Shown here one piece after another: positions 56,413 through 64,000 of a stretch of DNA of 64,000 nucleotides. The stretch spans positions 372,001-436,000 of the forward strand of contig OZ374559.1 of the NCBI GenBank assembly GCA_977862235.1. Direction: 5' to 3'. The DNA comes from Dudresnaya verticillata. Taxonomy: Eukaryota. The notes under the pieces were generated by a model. The model worked only from the letters and a program-made list of their open reading frames with translations, did not search any database and was not told the DNA's origin. The first letter of the stretch is position 1. Each line of letters starts with the position of its first letter. Made by a program: the position numbers and the translations under genes.

Positions 56413-57597
56413 CCGAGAGAAGCGTTGTGTCCGACTCGAGCGCCGCTTGTTTCAGGAGGGACGATGGGGAGGGACGCGCAACTTGCATGAGCCGGATTGT
56501 ACTGGTGAACGGGAACGGCACAACGCCGCTTGTTTCGGGGCGCATATGTGTGTGCGCCGCGAGTGAACGACTCTGTCATGGGTGGCGGTCGGAGAGGTTG
56601 TTCCTGGTTGTTGTGCGCAGCGCCCGTGAACGAACGGGGTCACGGTCCGGTGTTGTTGACTTGTTGGACGCACAAGCGCGAAGCATGGACGCTCGGTAGT
56701 GTGTGCGTTGGCGATGACGCCGGTCGTGGTGGGGCGCGGAGCAGACGGGTCGTCTGCCAAAGCGACGAGGCTGTTGCTGAAACGGATTCCCGTTGCTGAA
56801 TGGGCGTTTCCAAATCCTATATCTCGGCACAACCAACCAGAGCCCGAGTTATGGCACCAGCGCTCACTCTCTGGAAATCCTGTCCGGAGGAGAGGCAGCA
56901 AACTGCATGGATAGAAGCGTGTAGAGCTCTCTTGAGAGAATCGATTGTTGGTAGGAAGATGGAGGCGCCAGAGCGGCGTTCCCCTAACTATTGTAGTCCG
57001 GGCCGGAAGCTTGGCACTAGTTTGAATCCCTGTTTGTCCCGAACGCAGCCTTGTCACCTCCCATAAGCTGGACCTGCACAGGTACACCAAAATTTTCGTT
57101 TTTCCGAGAGACCGCGGCGCCAACGCACGGCCATGTAGAGAGCACTGCTACTTGGGAGCTTTCTCCCAAAGCATCTCACTCCGCCAATTGATAGTTCAGT
57201 CTGAATCTCAGACACTGATCTGAAAGCGTCTGGTGTCTTCTCGCTCGGGGTGCAATGGAGAGCATTGGCATCTAAAATCTCGAGCAATACCCGCTACGGT
57301 CTGAGCGCGAGCGTGACACTCGTTCATCCTTGTCTTCTATGTGGGGCATCGAGTTGGTCCTCCACTTTGAGCACATACAATTGTTAAGGTAGGCAAGAGT
57401 ACGGGACAAGAGAAAGAGTTTACTAGTATGCCAAGGGTACCAAACAGATTCCTGCTGTCACAATACCGACAGTAATCAAGTAGAACAGGTGGATATTCAT
57501 AACTACCAACTTTCAAGCTCCAAATTCTACAATTGACAGTTACTCCCTTAGGCTGCACGACTGCCGGTCGGATGTTCCGACACTCTGCAGGCGCTTC

Positions 57598-57846
57598 TTA
57601 GGCGGAGACCTTGGGTTGGCAGATCTTGCCAGCGCGACCGTCAAAGGTGCACATGGCAACCTCACAGTTGGCAATGGTCCAAGCATTGAGGTTGCAGTCT
57701 GCCATGGCCCTGTCGTCGCTGTAGGTATTTCCGGTTCTGTAGCTGACAAAGTTTGTGCGGCACGCGTTACGGCAGCTCATTGCGTCGCCGAAGGAAATCA
57801 GGCAGGAGATGGCGGCGACCAGGAGAACGAAGAAAGAGGTCTTCAT
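57598..57846 (-). CDS. Small secreted cysteine-rich peptide (82 aa; ~22-aa signal peptide, 6-Cys mature part)
   Basis: Signal-like MK-hydrophobic-GDA, CAACAACATG start context, CAA-rich 5' UTR and an upstream TATA box. Confidence 0.82.
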   Translation of the reverse strand: MKTSFFVLLVAAISCLISFGDAMSCRNACRTNFVSYRTGNTYSDDRAMADCNLNAWTIANCEVAMCTFDGRAGKICQPKVSA

Positions 57847-57968
57847 GTTGTTGGTTGTGAGTTTGGGTGTAGGACGTGAGGTTGAGTGGCAGGTTGTTGT
57901 AGTGAAGAGGTTGCTGAGATTGTGTTGTGTGGATCAGAGGAAGAGGTTGCTACTCGGGGGGGCTTCCC

Positions 57969-57975
57969 TTTTATA
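57969..57975 (-). promoter_or_regulatory. TATA box (TATAAAA) of the secreted-peptide gene
   Basis: Canonical TATAAAAG ~125 nt upstream of the ATG. Confidence 0.65.
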
Positions 57976-59178
57976 CCTGTTGGTGTTGTGATTAGGGCAT
58001 TGGTACTGGTGCCACATGACCAGGCTCGGTAGACACTGAATGGAACATGCAGCAAATGGGGCGTAAAGCACACCAAGCAGGGTATCGTGGCAAGAGTAAT
58101 GGATAGTAGCAAACAGTGGTGTGTATGTGCAGATAGAAAATGGTTTACTATCTCGGATAGATTCAAGACTACTGTAGAATGCAAAGCGCGAAGGGCGTAT
58201 CGTTCAACAGGCACAAGGGCAAAGGCGTTGGATTAGGCGACGCCAAAGGTGGGCAAGTTTTAGAAGCACGAGGTTTTGTAATTGAGGTTGAGCAAAGTGG
58301 TTTAAGAAATCTGTTTTCATTGGTGTGGTTCGTGCGAGAAGTCGAGTGGAGTTGTGGCACATGTACCTCTTGAGATGCGACAAACGACACGATCTGATTT
58401 GAGCTGCAGGGCTGACAATAATGTACAAGTAGCGCTAGAAGAGTAATGTTACGGTGTGGTTCGCGTTCCTTGAGTCTCTTCGGGAAAAGACGGGGCGGGC
58501 GCAAGGACTAGCATAGGGTTGGATCAAAACGCATGCTGGTACAGTATGATATGCACGCGATGCACGCGTGCGTGTTGTTGTCTGTAGTGTAGTAAGCGTT
58601 TAGGTGAAAATGTAGATGCAGGCGGTTTCTGCGAGGGGAATTGTATTAGGGCTGCACGCAAAGCTACAGTATGTATGGTTGGCGAGCACTCGGAGGTGCG
58701 AATGGTACTCGACAACGGAGGTGACGTGCGAGTCGGGGGGTGTGTGTGTGTACTTTTTCGCGTATCAAGGAAGGATCTAATGTACAGGAACAGAACAAGC
58801 GCTGGTGGTGCTCTCGATCGAGTACACTATTGTTGTCTTACACTCAATAGTGTCAGTGTATGTAGATAATGCCCAGATACACTACTAACGAAAAGATGAA
58901 CAAATTCTTTTTTGAACACCGCATCTTTGATTCACTTGCAGTTCACATTCTATTAATGTTAAAGAGTTTCTACTACGGAAATAGAGAGACCGAACATAGA
59001 CGGGTGAAGAATTGTTTTATATTATAACAATATCTATATAGGTATATAGCGTTATTGGACGCAGTAGTGGTGGATATTATCCCTATTCGGTGCATCAGCT
59101 TCCAAAAAACATTCATAATGAGGTTACGGTGCCTTCGCAGCTGTCATTTGCTTTATTGGTTTCCTACTCTTTTAAACA

Positions 59179-59257
59179 TTCTCTGTCTGTCTATCTCTGT
59201 CTCTCTCTGTCTCTCTCTGTCTGTGTGTGTGTGTGTGTGTCTCTCTCTCTCTCTCTC
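59179..59257. repeat. Compound (CT)n/(GT)n microsatellite
   Basis: Read directly from the sequence. Confidence 0.9.
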
Positions 59258-62200
59258 GTCCTATGCAGTCGTAGGCTGTCAATAACATTAAATATGCATG
59301 CAATGCAGATATTGACTCAATATCTGCTGCATTGCATGCATATTCATAATGTGCTCGTCTCCTGGATGTCTGGAGACCAGGTGTTTGCTCCGGGTAGTTT
59401 TAGCAAGCTGGACACAAGTGTGTTTGGCCAAAAGCCCGACGTGAACAATAGAAACGCTGTCAATCTTCCACTGTTTTTCGTCTGCGTACTTTCAGAGTCG
59501 CGCGTTTGCTTTGATTTCCCTTTAGTTGAACGCCGTTGTGTAGTGCCTGACTTTGCTATTTTCTTCTCACATCTGCCTAAATTACCCGAATGTGTGGATA
59601 GAAAGAATCATTTTTTGTGCAGTCGACGAAATCGTCATTATAGAAGAAAACGGACAAAAATTGCAAAAGTGTATCTCTTGCGTCGCATCTCTACTGAGGC
59701 ACAGCACCGCTGATTTCAAACAAGTTGACAAACAGGCATACTGCGTGGGAAGGCATATGAGGTTCCATATCTGTCAAGACAATTGCCACTCGTATTAACA
59801 TACGCATTGCATGTCTTCCCGTGCACCTTTGTCTCACGATCTCAAATTGCATTCAACTTTGTAGCGACAAATTCCTTCCTCATCACATTTGCGTTTGAAT
59901 GCATGCAGGGCAGGCAGACAGGGCTTTTAGGGTTTACTGCAGACCGCACCGGTCGCTGTAAAAACCGATCAACCGAGCGTGCGCAAGTTGTCAGGCGAGC
60001 GTCGGCGATGTCCACTCATATTCTACTGTACGTGCTCGTGAATGGAACACGTTGGGCACATGGCACGCACGCACATCACAAAATGTGAGCCTTTCGGTTC
60101 CTCGCGGTTGCTACTCTGTTCGAACAGTACAGTAAGATACTGTATTGTCACAGACTGATCGGTGGCTGCCTAAAGTACTTTACGTCACCGGTAGAGACGA
60201 TACGACGTCACTCGCTATTCTATCTGCACCGCAGCAACACTTTCTACTACAGTATCTCGACGGGAGGTGGCGGCACATACCATACATACATACCACAGTA
60301 ACAGTATAGTGTTATCCCATTATTGCACAGTTCAGTACATCATTACTATCAGTATAAGAAGTATCTCTCTTCTCTTCCAGCTTTTCAGCTGTACAGCGTT
60401 GCCTGCTGCTGCAACTATGAACACTACACGAGGTCAAACGCCGCCCGACATTCTGGAACACAGAGCAACGGCACCTCTCAACGCAACCTGACACAAACCT
60501 CCTTGGTGCACGGAACCTTGCGATTTGGTCATCTCAACGCGATCTGAGATGTCGCACTTGCGGCGATGTCATGCCCACCCGTCTCAAGCCTGCGCCAGAA
60601 ATCCTTGTTGCATGTTCGTGCAAGGCCAAACGCAGCGCTGCATATCTCGCCTCGTGCTGAGTGTGGGTGTGGGCAACGAGCTGTTTACACTAGCACTACT
60701 GTAGCACTGTTCGGACACGATTGTGCGCCGGTGCTGGCGAGTTGAGCACAAACGGACAACGCGCGATTTTGTTATGCTCAACGGCGCTCTGCATGCATTA
60801 GCTTGGCACCGGACGCCGAAGGTTACGATATGATACCGCTGTCAACCCCGAGCGGTCGTCATGAAGATATTTCAAAGCGGTGATGTAGATACAGGGACTG
60901 TTCCATTCCATTCTCTTTACTCTTCCTTTGGCAAGCAGTCTTTCCTCCCCACGAGGCGCCCAGCCGCAATAGCCCCTGTAACCACAGCTGTGCGGCGCGA
61001 ACTCCAGTTTGAGAGTGCACGCAAGGTTTGAAACGTCGCAAAAGTTGTTCCGAAACTTACTCTTACTAGAATGTTCCTAGCGTCTTGGTTGAGTACAGTA
61101 CAGACAACCCTTGTTATAAGAATGCTTCGGTAAAGGAAGCGCCCTTCGAAACCTACCATAAAGTTCCCCATCTCTCTCTCGGTACAGGAATATCCGCGGT
61201 AAAAAGAAAAATACCAAGTCAGTCCACCGATTCGGTTCCTTTGAAATCAGCCAATGCGTATTGTACAGTGTATGAGGCCTTCAAGGATGTTTGATATGGG
61301 AAATCCGAAAGCCACCCGCCGTGGCCCGCAAAACAGCTCATTTATGAGGGAGGACCGCATGCTTCGATAGTACTGTACTGTAATAAGAATACGACTTGGA
61401 TGCTTCAATGCGCTTTTCAGAGCGACCGGTAAACTTGTGTGTGTGTGAGACAGAGATTGCATTAGTATGTACATTCGCTCCCGCTACATGTGGCACTATT
61501 TAAACACTGAGCAAGTCGCTAACGAGAGCAGCATCCCCTCATCTCCCGACGTTACGCTAGCCGCGCTCAGCAGTCTCTGAAGCGCCAGACAAATCAGAAG
61601 ATGTCCCAGACGACGATAGCGCATTTCTTTAGCAAAAGTGCAACAACTTTCTTGGTGTTTTGAGAGATTGCTCCAGTACTTTCTCGATATACGGTATTCC
61701 CCGATGCGATAATGGAATATGAAGCCGTCCACGCTGAGTATTCTTATAACAAGGATTGTCTGTATCTATCTCCCATAGGGCACGCATTACACCGTAGCGC
61801 ATGCTTCCAAGGATAGCGCGGATTCGGATCACGAACGCGTGTTCGTGAATAGCAAATACACAGTGGAGGGAATGGACCCTCATTGGCCACCCTTCCCATT
61901 GGCACCCAATGGTTGGCTAAGAGAAGAGGAAGGATTGTATGAGGATTGACGTTGAAGATGCAGCGAAGGACCTAAACTTACTCCCTCTTCCTCCTCCAGA
62001 GCAGCCGCGACAAGCGGACTCGCACAGGCGGTGGCGCTTGTCGAACCGTATGCCGCGCGAGGTGGAGGCGGCGCTTTGCCGCACAGCTGAGGCTCTGCTT
62101 CGTTCGACGCCAAAGCCCCAAATGTCTCTTCCTGCCCGTGCCGGCACTACTGGTCCAAGTGGCCCAACCAAATCACCCCAAGCACCAAATCAGATCCGGT

Positions 62201-62295
62201 TCCCCTCAAATCGCGATCCACCCGCTGCGCCCGCCGCTCATCCCGAGCACGTCACCACCCCAACAACCACGAACCGCTGCTTCAACCGCAATCGC

Positions 62296-62296
62296 T

Positions 62297-62327
<31 letters not shown>

Positions 62328-62340
62328 AGCCGCAGCCGTC
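62296..62340. repeat. (GCC)n microsatellite, probably in a 5' UTR
   Basis: Read directly from the sequence. Confidence 0.85.
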
Positions 62341-62391
62341 ACCATCGCCGGCACCACCGCCGGCTTCCGCCATCACCACGCCTTCCACACC

Positions 62392-63375
62392 ATGCTCCGC
62401 CAGGGAGCGAGAGCCGTAAGGTCGCACACGCGCCCGCTCGCGCACGCAGCGCAGGCGCGCGTCGCGCCGTTGCCGCCGCCGTGCGCCGCGCCGCCACCGC
62501 CGCTGCGCCGCGCGCGGCCCGCCGTGCACCGCCAGAGCGCCAAGTGGCGCGGGCCGGCCGCCGCGGCCGCGTCCGCGGCCGCGTCCTCGGCCGCGTCGCC
62601 CGCGCCGAGCAACCCGTCGCCGCCGTCGCCGTCGCCGCCGCCGTCCGACCCGCGCACGCGCCTGCTGCTGTCGTACCACGACCTCGAGCGCGCGCTGGAG
62701 CGCCGCGGGCTCAACCGCTTTCGCGTCCTCATCGCCGCGGTCCTGGCGTCCGCGGCCGCCGTCGGCCTCGCCTGGCCGCGTATCAAGCAGTGGGGCGCCG
62801 TTGAGGGCGCCGAGGTTGCCGCGGCCAGTCTTGAGATGGAGGAGCTGCAGGAGAAGGCTGCCGCCATGGTCGTCGACGTTTTGTCTGATCAGAAGACCGC
62901 GCGTCAGGTTGAGACCTTGCTGAAAGATGCTGTATTGGGCCTGTTTCAGGACGAAGAGTTTACAGACAAGGCCGTCGGGTGGACCGCAAAGGTTCTTGCG
63001 GAGGCTGTCACTTGGGATGAGGTCGTGCAGAAGGGCACTCGCTATGTCTCCACTGTGCTTGCGGAATCCGATTCCAAGCGCAGCGCCCAGGTCTACCTCA
63101 CAGAAGCCATTAATAACGTGGTTGAGAACGAGGAGGTGCAGGACACTGTTGCAAAGGTTGGTTGTTGCGTTTCCTTTCTCGAGTGAAACCACTTTGCGGG
63201 TTGCGGCGAAAGCGTCTCTTCGTGGAGCTGACCACTTCTATTGTTTCTGTTTTCATTTGTCTCTGCGTTGTAGGGGTTGTGGTCCGGCGTACGAGCCAGC
63301 TTTGTAGGGAGACGAGCACCTCGCGTGATGCCAAGCACAAACGAAAACCCGACTAGTGCCGAAAGCGCTTCCTGA
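62392..63375 (+). CDS. Two-exon gene (62392-63156, 63274-63375; ~288 aa), probable mitochondrial single-pass membrane protein of unknown function
   Basis: ACCATG start, Arg/Ala-rich acid-free N-terminus, TM segment VLIAAVLASAAAVGLAW and an acidic helical domain. Phase-0 intron 63157-63273 (GT...GCTGAC...pyrimidine tract...TAG) continues the frame as GLWSGVRASF... to TGA. An upstream in-frame start is possible. Confidence 0.72.
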
Positions 63376-64000
63376 TAATGGTAACATGATGGTCTGTCGT
63401 AAGCATCGTAAGAGCGCTGGCTGTGGTACATCTCGAAGCACAATGGCGTGGCGGGAGATCTTCTCGAGGACACGCGGGCTCGCGCAGAGTAGGTCGAGCA
63501 CGCTTGGTTAGTCTAGCCGACCAAGTCAGAACGGGATGCATTTCTACATTCACCACACGACTTGGTGCAGTTCGCCAAGAGTCTGCCCCGGGCATGGCCA
63601 GACAGGCATCTACGTTCTCGTCAAATCAAGTGTGCACTCCGCAGATACACAAGCTCGTCGTCTTTCCAAAGCGTATGCCAGACTCGATTAGTTCCTGTGT
63701 AGCGAACTAACGGAACAAGCGATTCGCGTCCCACAGTCAATGCTGTACATTGGCGGCGGAATTATAGTTAGAGCTCAAAGGGAACTCAGCTCACGGGTCG
63801 ACTTAACACTACACAATCTGGAGGGGCGCAGCCTGAAAATGGAGAACAACTAGATTCGGGTCAACTTTCTCGGAAGTTGCCGTGGTATGGTTTGGCAGGT
63901 TACTTTCAAGTGCTCGTAGTGAGCTAGATGCCTTGGAAGAGCGAAATTTCCGTTCGGATCCGGAGTACAGGTATTGGAGAAGATACTGGCAGTTGCACGT

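Noticed and set aside
59090..59713. 207-aa ORF
   Set aside because: It runs through a CT/GT microsatellite and a palindrome, has a non-ATG start, and does not look protein-like.
62206..63192. 328-aa minus-strand ORF
   Set aside because: It is an antisense shadow of the GC-rich plus-strand gene.

Overview
Eukaryotic nuclear DNA, most likely from a red alga (inferred from the retroelement types, intron-poor genes and an NB-ARC-WD40 gene). The first ~45.1 kb is a nest of LTR retrotransposons that can be unpacked using 5-bp target-site duplications (TSDs). It contains a very young, near-intact chromodomain Ty3/gypsy element (24495-35072), two head-to-head gypsy halves of a related family (12991-37154), two decayed Ty1/copia elements (~5774-10919 and 39119-45133), a pol-less LTR element whose LTRs enclose 27.8 kb (11126-38946), and six solo LTRs with TSDs. 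The remaining ~19 kb is TE-poor. It holds an intronless 1390-aa NLR-like STAND gene (helical N-terminus, NB-ARC, WD40), a decayed WD40 paralogue, an 82-aa secreted 6-Cys peptide gene and a two-exon gene for a probable mitochondrial membrane protein. The most unusual observations are three. (1) A hidden frameshifted ORF for tandem matrin/JAZ-type (dsRNA-binding class) zinc fingers lies between the 5' LTR and gag of the outer element. (2) The gypsy elements carry antisense ORF cassettes bracketed by two copies of the polypurine tract, including a ~672-codon ORF broken only by stops that look like mutated Trp codons. (3) An NLR-like receptor sits near a defensin-sized secreted peptide. Family letters (A-J) are my own labels, and all alignments were made by eye.
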